DNA of 64,000 bases, taken from Octopus sinensis. Lineage: Eukaryota. The stretch's first letter is position 1; every line of letters starts with the position of its first letter. Below, piece after piece: positions 41,744 through 55,354 of the stretch. The notes beneath the pieces were generated by a model. It saw only the letters and a program-made list of their open reading frames with translations, ran no database searches and was not told where the DNA came from. The stretch lies in NCBI RefSeq assembly GCF_006345805.1, contig NC_043002.1, positions 105,152,001-105,216,000 of the forward strand, written 5' to 3'. Position numbers and translations under genes: made by a program.

Positions 41744-42454
41744 GCACACACATCCACACACAACCGCACACACACGAACACATATATGGATATATATATA
41801 TATATGTGTGTGTGTATTTATGAATGCAATTCTATGCATACGTTTCACTGAATAATTTGTAGTGTTTGCCTGTGTGTGTGTGCGTTTGTGAATATATATC
41901 ACAGTCAACCAGCTATAACAAAATTAAAAGTAAATTGCCAAAGAATGATATTAATAATATATTATGTTCGCATCTGACACACACAAACAGACAAACACAC
42001 AAACATATACAGACTCTTGCATTGACACACTCACGCATACACACTCTCAGTCATGTCCACATGCACACAGATACATGCATGCATGCTTACACGCACCCAC
42101 CGCCACTCAGGCACAAATAGACTGCTCACTCATAAAGGCTTTCGAAATTTTATTTATGTTCGATACGAAGTGCTCTGTCATGTGATATCGAAATTCCCAA
42201 GCGGCGTTGTGGGAGTATTTAATAATTAATGATACAATGATAAGGTTGATTGGAAAATTATGTGCACCACAACCATTTATAAACATAAATATGTAGATTA
42301 TAAACACACAAACACATGCACATTCACGTATATACATATATGCATGAATGTATCGCATAAAGATATACTAAGATTTATGTATATACAAAGATAGGCACAC
42401 GCACATACACTCACACACTCACACACATACACACACCCGCATATATATATATGT

Positions 42455-42466
42455 ATATATATACAT

Positions 42467-42533
<67 letters not shown>

Positions 42534-42703
42534 GTACATACATACATAGTAGTATATGTTATTTGAAATATTTCTTATACAAAGGAAAATCTATTTCCTT
42601 GCATAGAATTTTATGAAAAGTCTCAATGATGTAGAAAGTACAGTTTTCCAAGGTTTAATACATAAATATATATGTATGTGTGTATTTATGTAATATATAT
42701 GTA

Positions 42704-42761
<58 letters not shown>

Positions 42762-42794
42762 GTATATATATATATATTATATATAGGTAGGTAT

Positions 42795-42877
<83 letters not shown>

Positions 42878-42930
42878 TAGATATATAGATATAGATATAT
42901 AGATATATATAGACATATAGATAGATAGAT
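42455..42930. repeat. (TA)n/(GATA)n microsatellite block
   Basis: Directly visible. Confidence 0.97.
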
Positions 42931-43109
42931 GTGTGTGTGTGTATACATATATACATATATATGCCTGTATGTATTTATGTGTATATACATATATACAGAG
43001 AGAAAGAGAGGGACGGACAGACAGATAGTCAAACAGTGTGTGTAATGCGATCCCCAAATCTTCGATCAGATAGGTATCATCAAACAAACATACAGCTGAT
43101 ACAGGTGCC

Positions 43110-43270
43110 GTAAGCAGAAGATACTGAACAAAAGATTATCAATCGTCCCAAATCGAATTTTATGGAGATTTCGATAAGATGACTGGAACTCAACAACGCA
43201 CGGTTCAGGAACGAAAATTGCTTATTAAACGATTGTCTTATTACGGCAATGGACTTGTAAACCGCAGGTA
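43110..43270 (+). mobile_element. Possible Penelope-like RT remnant
   Basis: NFMEISIR*LELNNARFRNENCLL...TAMD loosely matches PLE RT ILENNxFxFNxxxYxQxxGTAMG. Confidence 0.3.
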
Positions 43271-43451
43271 AAGGTGTCTGAAAAATATGTGAAGCTAAAT
43301 GTTACAACCGTGATCTACGTAACACCTGTTCAGCTTTATCTGTTGTGGCTTTACCTTCTCTATTCCCTATACCTATCAATGTGTGTGTGTGTCTGTGAGT
43401 CTGTGTGTGAGTGTGTGAGAGAGTGAGAGAAAGAGAGAGAAGTAGAGAGAT

Positions 43452-43680
43452 CTTTTATATTTTACTTTTATAGTCATTGGATATCCGGCCATACTGAGAC
43501 ATCGCTTTCAACAGCTTAGTTGAACAGATTCGCCACAGTGCTTGAGGTCGAACCGCTAAGTTATGGACACATAAACATACCAAAATCTCTTTGTCCAGGA
43601 TGATAGAGGACAAACACAAATACGCTCACACACACACGCGTACACACACAAGAAAATGCACATACACACACAACACCACA

Positions 43681-43714
<34 letters not shown>

Positions 43715-43934
43715 GTATAATATATATATATATATTATATATATATATTATATATATATATATATATATACGACAAGCTTCTTAGAGTTTCCGTCTACCA
43801 ATCCATTCATCAAGCATTGGTTGGATCGAGGCTATAGTAGAAGACACACAGCCATAGTGCCAAGCGACGGTACCAAACCTGGAAACATGTGATTCGGAGG
43901 CATTCTTAATAGGGCAAAACCATACCTGCGTCTG
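43452..43934 (-). mobile_element. SINE family B, diverged, with expanded internal microsatellite
   Basis: gaaccgctaagttatggacacataaac...gagtttccgtctaccaaatccattcatcaagc...cgaggctatagtagaagacac. Confidence 0.8.
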
Positions 43935-43951
43935 TATGTATATATATATAG

Positions 43952-44712
43952 AAGGGTTAGACAAAATAATGGAAACACCTTATAATTTCAAACAAATTTG
44001 TATTAGTATGGGGCAGTAATTACAGTTTGAATTCTATAAAGTATCGACTCGCACAGAGTTTGAATTGTTTTCAAATGAATTGTTGTCCATTCTTCAGCTA
44101 AAACTGCCTCCAGTTCTTGTAGTGTTGATGGTAGAGGATATCGACTCCTTACTTGTTTCTCTAAAATGCACTATAAATGTTCAATAATATTGAGATCTGG
44201 GGATTGCGATAGCCTGATAAGATGTCCAACTTCACTAGAATGTTCCTTCTGCCATTCAGTAACAACTTTTGCTGTGTGAATTGGTGCCATATCATCCTGA
44301 AAGATTTCGTTTCCCTCTGGAAACAATTCTGCAACCATAGGATGAATTTGATCAGACAAAATGCTTAAATAGTCTTGACTATTAATTCTGCCATGAATGG
44401 AAGCCATTGGGCCGGCAGATTTCCAAGATATAGCACCCCGAGATCATCACAAATTCTTTTCCATGTTTAACAATTCGAAGAAGGCAGTCTGAGTCAAATG
44501 CTTCTTTTGGCTGTCTCCACATGTATACTCGGCCGGTGGTCGGAAATAAGGTAAAGGATGACTCGTCCAAGAAAATAACATTCTTCCACTGCTCTGAGGA
44601 CCAATTCTGTAGGTTTTTACTCCACTCTAAATGTTTGCATCGTTTGCTTTTGAAAGTAGTGATTTTCTGATTGCAGCCCTCCCATTACATAAATTAGATT
44701 CTCAGAGAGGCA
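43952..44712 (-). mobile_element. Tc1-like (DD34E) transposon remnant, 5'-truncated, one TIR
   Basis: WKNVIFLDESSFTLFPTTGRVYMWRQPKEAF; GRINSQDYLSIL; IFQDDMAPIH; SPDLNIIEHL; TIR agggttagacaaaataatggaaacacc near 43952-43979. Confidence 0.88.
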
Positions 44713-44714
44713 AA

Positions 44715-45010
44715 AGTGAAGTTGGTTTTAATTGTGAACCTCTCTTCTTGTATGGGCGTCCATATTTTTTAACCGTTGGTTTCGTGGTTGTTATGTAAAG
44801 CTTCGCATTTGTTAGAGGTTTGTTTAGCGATTTGTGCTGCTTTTTGCATTTGATGAATTTATATGCTTTCAGGATGCTCTTCCTTTTTGGGACTCTAGTT
44901 AGTAATGGAAGATTTTGCACAATAGCGCTGCATGCCTCATTGTTTCTAGGGTTGTGAGTTGATATATACAATATACAGTAGGGTTTTGAAAGGAGGTGTG
45001 GTGTTATGCT
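44715..45010 (-). mobile_element. Penelope-like (Neptune-type) RT-to-endonuclease linker fragment
   Basis: ORF 44702..44971 YISTHNPRNNE..IVQNLPLL..PKRKSILK..IKCKKQHKSLNKPLTNAK..KPTVKKYGRP matches the linker upstream of the PLE CxxC/GIY-YIG region. Confidence 0.65.
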
Positions 45011-45250
45011 TTGTTGTACTCATATATATATAACCCACAATCTTAACCACACTAACAACATTCAGAAGCAGATTGAATATACAAACATAAATATACATAA
45101 ATAGAGCAATAATATCTTATTTTTCATGTTTTTACAAGCATACAATATTTTATTTCAGCTCCTTGCATTTAATAAATTCGACGCTAGCATGCTTGCGTCC
45201 AATTTATGGTATTTCAGGGGAGACAATTTTTCATCTTTCGGTGGGGTGGG

Positions 45251-45287
<37 letters not shown>

Positions 45288-48200
45288 AAAAAATGAAAAA
45301 CTAGAGTAGTGGGGAGAAATATATATAGTGATGGGAATGTAATCGTGAATTAAAATATGTATGATTACAGTATAATTAATTCAATCACATTTATTGATGA
45401 TAGCATTTTAAACTTGTCTCTAGGGCCTCCATGTGTCTGGCATGAACATACATTCAGCATAGGTATGCTCAGTTCTCTGCAAGGACGTTTGCGGACAATT
45501 GCGAACTGGCCACGTCTGAATTTGTATCAGTTCCTGCTACGCACCCGATGATGTCCAAATGAAAGACCTCCATTTTAGGGCCGATATAGTCCGGCCCCAG
45601 AGTCGCCGTAGCATTTGAGAAGGCGTCGGACCGGGATTTTTGTCGCAAGTCATCCAGTTTGACAGTATACTTGTTCGGCTATATAACAACCATAGAATGC
45701 TGCTATATTATCGACCTAGAAAAGGAGAAAATACAAAGTTCTTGAATCCGACTTGAATCCGAACGCAAAGAGTCGAAGATGCAATGCGTGGCAGACTATC
45801 AAGTGCCTTAATGTATCTGCCAGTTCAATTTCTAAGTTTTTATAAATCAGAAAAGCAATTGAATTTGGAACGTCAGGGGAATTAATCAGATCTTCGCAAT
45901 AATTTCACTAAAGGTGAAGATAAGATGTTCGATATTCCTCATCTGAGCAGAATATTGTATTTGTGGTTTTGTTAAATTGTGTATTACTAAGGAATTAGGA
46001 GTGATTTTTCGTGCTTCAACAGTGAGTTACATTATAAGAAAGGATGGAGGAATTCATTCAAAACGCTTAGCTGTGTGAATACATAAAGTAGTGGCTTAGC
46101 AAAATGGTTTCGTTAACCATGATATTTCGACTTCCAGAATCTTTACTAATGAGAACAATTATACTCTCACGCGTTCCGGGGAAAAACTTACAAGTAACAA
46201 ACTAATGATAAACGATAGTACATATCTTATATATCGCTTTATATTGGTGTATATATGTCTACATACGTACATATGTTTGTGTGCATCGTGTGTGCATGTG
46301 TGTGTGGGTGTTAATACCAGCAGTATTCATTAGTTTATCATTAATTGAAATTTTTCTTCGTTCATTTTCCTTTCATTTGTACAATTACTCGAGGCGATGA
46401 ATATTTGTTCCTTTGTTTGCATATATGAAATTCTTGTCTGACCAGATTCAAGGTAATTCATTATGTTTAGAATGAAATGTAGCATGAATTTCATACCTAA
46501 TTGTATGACGACGCCATTGGATCATGTTTCGCAGATGAGATACAATAAGTCGTAAACTTGTGCAGAATTTTCGGCATACCGGTCAAGCAAAAGCTCATAA
46601 ATTTCTATTTATTTAAAATTTCAGTTTTTCTATAATGTCCTCTTTTTGGTAGAGCTATTCAATTAGTCAATGAGTGTTCTCACACTAAGGTTCAAAATTT
46701 AATAAATTGCTATCTCTTACTTATTTCGCGATATATTTTTGATCCCATTTGCTATTGTTTTCCTGTTGTAGTCATCCCTGTATAGCCCACTCCCAGCCTC
46801 TCCACGCGCACTTTCTGGGAGATTTAATCAAGGATGCTGGTTACATAGAGAGTTCTATCACAATAACAATGTAGTTTTCTTGTCACAGACGTTATGACAG
46901 TCAAGTCCGGGCAATGCTTCGCTGAGAAGGTCATGTCTCATTTGAAAATATCCGGCCATGTGACCGAGTAACTAAACGTGGAATAAACTTTAGAATCTAT
47001 GACTGTGATTCGTACATCTGACTCCATAGTCGTCATGAGAGCAACAATTCTTTTACTTCCACCGAAGTCAGACATGTCTTTCACATCTGCAAACAAAGGC
47101 AGGAACTATTTCAACGCAATATTTCATTTAATAATACACCTCAGCTTATCAACTATGTCCGTATGCGTACACTCACAGACAAATTAGCTTTTTACGCATT
47201 TACAAATATATGCAGACATGCAGAGAGAACGATGTATCGCATCTTCTTTCTTATTTGTTGAAATCCTTCTGTGTTAGAATTAAGATCATATTCAGAAAAG
47301 ATCCGTTCTCTCATTAAAAACAATTCGCTTTAGTTAATATTAAATCTCACTACATTTATTCCCCTGATATTTGTATACAAATTGTTTCAACATCATTGTT
47401 TCATCAGGATAAATAAACGGGATTTACATCATAGATATCTCCTAGAGAAATTGAACCAAAAAAATGGAAAATTAATTCAGAACTAAAAATTGATAGAAAA
47501 AAAAAAAACGTAAGATGGAATTCAAATATTTCGCATTTTATTTCAGGGTAGGTAGAGAGGCATACAAATTTATCGATTTTTCATGTTCTTTTTTTTTCAA
47601 CATCTTCACTATGACTTCCTCTACAAATGAGGCTAACGGGACATTTTTGAGTAGGATCGAATTTCAAGACTTTCGTTCTTGATAATATCAGGCGCCACAC
47701 ATTCCCTGTTGTTACACACTCACTGTATCTGCAACAATCTCAAGATTTCACAATGATTTATACTCACTAACAGGACTATATATTAAGTGTAAAATTTCAC
47801 ACATATTCAATAGTTATTTTAAACTTGATTTTCATTGCTTCTTTAAAGTGTCCTATCAGCGTAGAGTGATTTATATTTGATGTTGTACAGCATCAGTAAG
47901 TTTTTTGTGGAACATTGTTAAACCCCGAATTTACTGTAGATACCATCACTGAGTCTCTCTACTACACTTAACTGTTGTTCATGTTTCTGGTTACAGCATA
48001 GAATTCGCTGGATGCACAAGATAATGGCCCTCCAATCACATTGGGTGTTCTCTAATTAGTTTTCTATACAATTGCAGTATACTTTAGTTTGTGGTTCTAA
48101 TTCATTAGCATTACACGCCAAAGTTGCAAAGTTCTAATATGGACGCCAACACATCTACATTCATGAAGCAAACTAAACCATCGTCCCTAGTGACACTCTC

Positions 48201-48305
48201 GCTTAGTCTTCTGGTCTCTTGCTGACGGCAATTTTTAATATCTATCGTTGTTTGTATTTCAATTTGCTGTCCCTGGTACGCACTGGCATACAAGCGTGCA
48301 TATAC

Positions 48306-48353
<48 letters not shown>

Positions 48354-48371
48354 GGGTACGTTTGCATATAC

Positions 48372-48414
<43 letters not shown>

Positions 48415-49125
48415 GTATGTATGTTATATAGTGTGTGTGTATATATATATATACATGTGTATGTATGTATGTATGTGTGTGGGTGTGGGTGGGTGGGTTT
48501 GGGTGTATGTGTGTTATTGGCATTTTACAATGATCAAACGCTTGAATATTATAGCAACTTGTCCAGACAATCCAAGCATCTAAATCCTAATTTACTGGTC
48601 TGTCATATAAGGTTAAAATGATAACTGACATCAAACATTTTGCATCGTGTGTATGAAAAGTAAGACGACAATAGGAGTGAAAGGTGACGTCCGTATGAAT
48701 CACTCGAAATAAGCACGTGCTTCACCGCAAAGAAATATATGTAACTGTAAATTCAGACGAAACTGGTGATGGTATGTTCCGGTAAATGGCTGATGCAAAA
48801 TAAATGTTCTGCTAATGCGGCAGAATCCTTCCAGCATTGTATAGGATTCGTTGTGGTGATTATTTTGGCCATTTCTGGTCCCGTTCAAATCAACGTTGCA
48901 TTTTCCCTTTCAGGGGCTGCTAAATATATTCTCCCTCCAATACTGAGGAATAGTGTATTCTCACTCTTTTTATTTCCTTTTCACGCACCCTCTATTTTTT
49001 AGGAATCATCTCTGTTCAAGCAAGGAGAGCGATGTGCTCCGATGCGTTTGAAATACTTGAGTTAAACTGTATGTCATCACGGTGCCCATACGAATTTGGT
49101 GAATGTAGAAGATTCACTCGTATAT

Positions 49126-49460
<335 letters not shown>

Positions 49461-49545
49461 GAGAGAAGACCGTCGGAATTTTTCTTTCCGACGTTTTCAG
49501 GACTCTGCCATTTTGGCCACCTTATCAAGTCTATCCAGTAAAGTA

Positions 49546-49700
49546 ACATGACTGAACGGTTAAAGTGTTGCGCTCACAACTGCACGATTGTGGTTTCGAA
49601 TACCAGACCGGGTGATACTTTGTAATCTTGTGCAAAACACTTCATTTCGTGTTGCTCCGGTCCACTGGGCTGTAAACGAGTAAACCAACTAGCGACCTGC
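49546..49700 (+). mobile_element. SINE family C-like degenerate head and central domain
   Basis: catgactgaacggttaaagtgttgcgctcac..gtttcgaatacc..cttgtgcaaaacacttcatttcgtgttgctccggtccact. Confidence 0.6.
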
Positions 49701-49892
49701 TCAGTGATAATGTTCTGATCCCCATTACCTACGGAAGACGAGTACCTGGGCCTAGGGATCCTACGTCTTGAGACAATAATGTCTAAGAGGCTTACATAAA
49801 ATGAAGTGAATCCAGCTCCGTCAAAGAACGAACGCCATCATATAATACAGCCTTGGGTTGTACAATGTTTGAATGTAAGACGCGTTTATCAT

Positions 49893-50290
49893 ACTCTTTA
49901 CTCTTTACCCTTTTACTTGTTCCAGTCATTTGACTGTGACCATGCTGGAGTACCGCCTTTAGTCGAGCAAATCGACCCTAGGTCTTATTCTTTGTAAGCC
50001 TAGCATTTATTATATCGCTCTCTGTTGCCGAACCGCTAAGTTACGGGGACGTAAACACACCAGCATCGGTTCTCAAGTGATGTTGCGGGGATAAACACAG
50101 ACACACAAACATACACACACACATACATATATATATGTATACATATATACGGCAGGCTTCTTTCAGTTTCTGTCAACCAAATCCACTCGCAAGGCTTTGG
50201 TCGGCCCGAGGCTATAGTAGAAGACACTTGCCTAAGGTGCTACACTGTGGGACTGAACCCGGAACCATGTTGTTTGTAAACAAGTTACCC
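49893..50290 (-). mobile_element. SINE family B, near full length
   Basis: Collinear with 39465-39841; extreme head missing. Confidence 0.9.
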
Positions 50291-51179
50291 TCCCCCCCCC
50301 ACACACACACACACACAACAACCACTTCTACGTTTAATACCTGGTCAAAATATACGGGGCTGATCTAGGATTAACAAATACCTGTTTATTAGAGTTACCC
50401 GTTCTGATTATTTGATAATAAATATAAATATTATATCCTCTGAAGTCATTTGCGTTCGTTACCAACATATAAAAAATGCTTAGTGCGTACACCTTCCAGG
50501 GAACGCCACTTCTATATAGAACCGTTTGTGTAATGAATGTATTTTTTAAAAATCATAACACAACGAACAGAGAACACATTTCTTTTCCCTTTCACTTAGT
50601 GACCAATTTTCAAGCTAATCGATTTCCTTCCTTCAATAATATAGGAATTGCCAAAATGGACAGTTCAGAAGACTGTCCATCAAGCAAACAAACCAGATAA
50701 AACCTGTGGCAGTTAGTATATCACTGTTTGCACATATCTTCAATGGAAACGTATGATTGGCAATGGCGTAAAATATTTTCCTTAGTCACTCGTTAAAAAA
50801 AAAATGTCCAAAGGTCTGAGACTTTCAGCATTTATAAAGAATATAAAAGCATCAGAGTTGAAATGCTTTCATCTGTAGATACTAAATGACATTCCGTCAT
50901 CTGATATTTGTAATAAATCTCACCGGAAGTGATGTCTACAAGACAAGATTATAGCTGTGTATGTTTGTGTGTGCATCTGTGACTTTCGGAGTGCTTGTGC
51001 ATGTGTATGCGTTGGAGGGCGTGCGTGTCGTTGTCCGTGTTAACAAACGCACTATGGAAACGCAGTAAAAGGTTATTTGACCAGCGTACACACCCACAAA
51101 CACACACACGCACGCACACACACAATTATATATGAACACATACATTGAGAGAAATATATACGCATGAAAAATATAAGTA

Positions 51180-51213
51180 TACATACATATGTCTCTGTGT
51201 ATATATATATAGA

Positions 51214-51244
<31 letters not shown>

Positions 51245-51264
51245 GCAGGTAGATACACATATAC

Positions 51265-51323
<59 letters not shown>

Positions 51324-51571
51324 AACATATATATACATGCATACATAGATATAGATATAGAACTATATACATATATATATATAAATATATATATATGCAT
51401 ATATGTATGTACGTATACTTATATTTTGTATGTATATACTGTCTATATAAAAGCACATATAATATGTGTGTATACTTATATTTTGTATGTTCATATATGT
51501 ATAATAGAAATACGGATATATATATACATATATATATGTAATATATACATACATTCATATATATACATATA

Positions 51572-51641
<70 letters not shown>

Positions 51642-51700
51642 ATGTATATACACAGACACACATATTTTTATATAGATCTATATTTTATGTGTTTGTGTCA
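51180..51700. repeat. (TA)/(GATA)-rich low-complexity block
   Basis: Directly visible. Confidence 0.95.
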
Positions 51701-52749
51701 AAGTCTATAAGTATATGCTTTTACGCACAAACGCGTAGATGTGTACGTATGTGAGTGTGCTTAAAATGTCTCCCATTATCCCATTAGTATATCAAAAACA
51801 TTATAACTAAAAAAGAACAGTCTTCATTTCGCAGACTTGGCTATGTTTAGTTGCAGTAACGCGATGCTAGCTAGTCGGTCTGTTAGACTATAGGTTTTCG
51901 TTAAAAGGAAGATATATGAGAAGAAAGCTTTTACATTCACTTCCTGAAATTCTTCATCTCTAGACAAACACTTCACCTGCATCACCGTGGTAATCATCCG
52001 ATGCATCAATTCACATTTTACGTTGTTTCGATATATTTATTCGCAGACAATATTATAGATGTTATAAATATCCAGTTTTTGCTTCAAGATATCATTCGAT
52101 ATAGTATATGGTATACGACTTGTAACATTTGGATGGATAGATTTTAAAGAAATACATTTGTTCCACAGACTTTACTACGATATCATGTTAAATAATAGTG
52201 CTAACCTTTGCTGTTATGTTTCAGCGGAAATTTCAAAGAACCAAGTAGCGTTCTGCTGTTCGGGGTTAATACCAGGAAACATAACTCAGCTTGGCTGAGA
52301 ATTATAAATAGAATATGAAATTGAATGATTTTCGTTAGATGCAATCAGATGCTACGTACAGCCATGTTAACACACTGATGAAAGGTTTACCAAAATGTCG
52401 CTGGTTCGTACACAGACAGCGGCATCTGTGTTAGATTTTTATAATACTACCTTTAAATACTAATAATAATATCAATATTAGTAGTGTTACAGAGATAGGC
52501 TTTAGCCTAAAGATGCCTGATTTTATGCGTAGAGTATCAAACGATTTGGTGGATAACATTCTAATGTGGAATCCCTACTTCGTTAAAATGCAATAGTCCA
52601 CTGAATTTATGCTGACAATTCCGCTATTTATTAAGGCCACAGAGAGGCACCCCACGATCTTGTTTAACTTGTTAACTCATTCTCTTTTTGCTGCCTATGA
52701 TCATATACTTATACTCGGATGTAGCCGAATCTAATTAATTGAATGTTTT

Positions 52750-53331
52750 TTTTTCTACTCTAGGCACAAACCCCGAAATGTTTTGTAGGGAGGGGGCCAG
52801 TCGATTAAATCGACACCAGTACACAACTGGTACTTAATTTATCGACCCCGAAAAGATGAAGAGCAGAATCGACCTCGGCGGAATTTGAACTCAGAATGTA
52901 GCGGCAGACGAAATATCCGTTTCTTTATTACCCACTAGAAGCTAAACATAGAGGGGACAAACAAGGACAGACAAAGGGATTAAGTCGATTACATCGACCC
53001 CAGTGCGTAACTGGTACTTGATTTATCGACCCCGAAAGGATGAAAGGCAAAGTCGACTTCGGCGGAATTTGAACTTAGAACGTAACGGCAGACGAAATAC
53101 CTATTTCTATTTCTTTATTACCCACAAGGGGCTAAACACAGAGGGGACAAACAAGGACAGACATAGGTATTAAGTCGATTACATCGACCCCAGTGCGTAA
53201 CTGGTACTTAACTTATCAACCCCTAAAGGATGAAAGGCAAAGTCGACCTCGGCGGAACTCAGAACGTAACGGCAGACGAAATACCGCTAAGCATTTCGCC
53301 CGGCATGCTAACGTTTCTCCAGCTCGCCGCC
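52750..53331 (-). mobile_element. SINE family A, trimeric form (head + two linker-bearing bodies + terminal body)
   Basis: Head ends at 53331; body starts (aaatacc/aaatatcc on +) at 53285, 53101 and 52918; the last body ends in the monomer-type tail gtgcctagagtagaaaa. Confidence 0.9.
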
Positions 53332-53821
53332 ATTAATTAATTGAATGTTGTAAGAAAACAATGCGACAGTTAGCCTATTTCTATGGCTCCCACCTGACCT
53401 TTTTAGTATAGAAGTGTTCAAATAGCACTAAAGCTAACAGAAAAAAGAAGGACTTCTTGATAGGTAACCCTTCCATTTGTTGTCGCCGACCCGTATATTT
53501 CATTATTGTCAGTTTAATATAACGCTGGAAAAACCATCAAATTGTAACTAGTCCTTCGGTATAAACTTGAAGCATAGTTTAGGACAAGTTAAATAAGTAG
53601 ACATCATACCTCGTTGAAAACGTGGTTGTGGGTAGACATGACAAACTTGTACATTTCCGTTAGCTGACACTGAGTCTAAAAGTAGACATAAAGATTTACT
53701 GAAAAATGTTCTAATGCAGTTTGAAGTAATAAAATACAAAGGTTTGTAGGATTCAGAGTTGCAGGAAGATATGATCGGTGTTATTGCTCTGTGTAATGGG
53801 CAAGTATGATAGGGTGTTATA

Positions 53822-54031
53822 AAGGCGGCGAGCTGGCTGAATCGTTATCACACTAAACGAAATGCTTATCGGTATTTCGGCCGTCGCTACGTTCTGAGTT
53901 CGAATTCCGCCGAGGTCGACTTTGCCTTTCATCATTTGGGATCGATAAATTAAGTACCAGTTACGTACTGGGGTTGACCTAATAGACTGCCCCCCCCCAC
54001 AAGTTCAAGCCTTGTATCTATAGTAGAAAGG
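53822..54031 (+). mobile_element. SINE family A (monomer)
   Basis: aaggcggcgagctggctgaatcgtta...gttctgagttcgaattccgccgaggtcgactttgcc...tatagtagaaagg. Confidence 0.9.
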
Positions 54032-54066
54032 ATCGTAAGGTATTATATTTTATATGGCTATATGTA

Positions 54067-55354
54067 CGAGGGACGTTCAATAAGTAATGCCTCTGACCCA
54101 CTTCCAGTTGTTTGATCTAGCTGAAAGTTTGCATGTGCAATTATTTATATCTCTATAGAGTAAGTGGCAAATTACAGGTCTGAATTCATTGTGGTTTCTG
54201 ATTTACAGGTGTTTGAACCGAGTCAAGTGTGAAATGGAGCCTGTTAAGTGTCGAGCAGTGATCCGGTTTTTGTATTTGAAAGGACGCACACCACGGGAGA
54301 CTTTTGATGAAATGAAAGTAACTTATGGTGATGATGCCCCATCATATGACCTTGTAAAACGCTGGCATCGTGAATTCAAACATGGTCGGAACTCTGTTGA
54401 AACAGCTCCCAGATCTGGTCGCCCCTTCTGCCATTGATGAGGTATCTGTCCGTCAAGTTGAGGCTGCCATTTTGGAAGATCGACGCATAATTATTCGCCA
54501 AATAGCCATGAGGTCAAGATTAGTACGGGTCTGTGGAAACTATCATTCATGACCATTTGCATATGCAAAAGGTGTCTGCCAGATGGATTCCCAGGTTGCT
54601 CACGCCTTTCCAGAAGCAAGATCGCGTCGAGTGCTCGAGGGTGAATTTGGAGATGTGCCAAGAAGATGAGTCAAAATTTTTCAAAAGACTGATTACACAG
54701 GATGAAACCTGGGTCCATCACGATGATCCAGAGACCAAATCCCAGTCAATGCAGTGGAAGCACCGTGACTCACCTCCTCCAAAGAAGGCAAGGGTGCAGC
54801 CCTCCGCTGGCAAGGTCATGCTCACAGTCTTCTGGGACCAGGACGGAGTAGTGATGACAGATTTCCTGGCAAAGAGTACCACAATTGCAGGAGCCTATTA
54901 TGCTTCACTTTTGAGGAAATTAAGAGAAGTTATCAAAATCAAGAGGCGGGGCAAGATCAGCAAAGGCATCCTCCTCCTGCAGGACAACGCTCCGGTCCAC
55001 AACTCGCTTTGTCACCAGATCAGAAGCATAGGCGTATGGCTATGAACTCCTCCCCATCCCCCTACTTTCCTGACCTTGCACCCTCTGATTTTCACCTCTT
55101 CCCAATCATGAAGTTGTTTTTGAAAGGAAAGCGTTTCCCAGATAATGCAGCCTTGATTTCTGAAGTCACGTTGAGGTTGGAGGACTAAGCTGGGTTCTTC
55201 TACAAAAATGGTCTCCAGAGCCGCATCAAACGATGGGAGAAATGCGTAACTCTGGGTGGTTCCTATGTAGAAAAAGACTAATAACTGTGCCAAGTTTCGT
55301 TGCTCTACTGCTATGGGAAGTGGGTCAGGGGCATTACTTATTGAACGCCCCTCG
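54067..55354 (+). mobile_element. Full-length mariner (DD34D, irritans-like), 1288 bp, 39-bp TIRs, TA target duplication
   Basis: Left TIR cgagggacgttcaataagtaatgcctctgacccacttcc (54067-54105); right TIR 55316-55354 is its reverse complement with 2 mismatches; TA at 54065-66 and 55355-56. Confidence 0.97.
54234..55281 (+). pseudogene. Mariner transposase pseudogene (frameshifts and stops)
   Basis: MEPVKCRAVIRFLYLKG..APRSGRP / WIPRLLT..ITQDETWVHH..GKVMLTVFWD..LLQDNAPVH / PHPPYFPDLAPSDFHLF..RWEKCVTLGGSYVEKD*. At least three frame changes. Confidence 0.93.

Noticed and set aside
48700-49002. Overlapping sense and antisense ORFs of 62-78 aa
   Set aside because: No motif recognised and no consistent splice sites.
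50600-50700. Possible terminal exon after a strong acceptor, containing a 9-bp hairpin
   Set aside because: Only 33 codons, no homology, and not linkable to other exons without transcript data.
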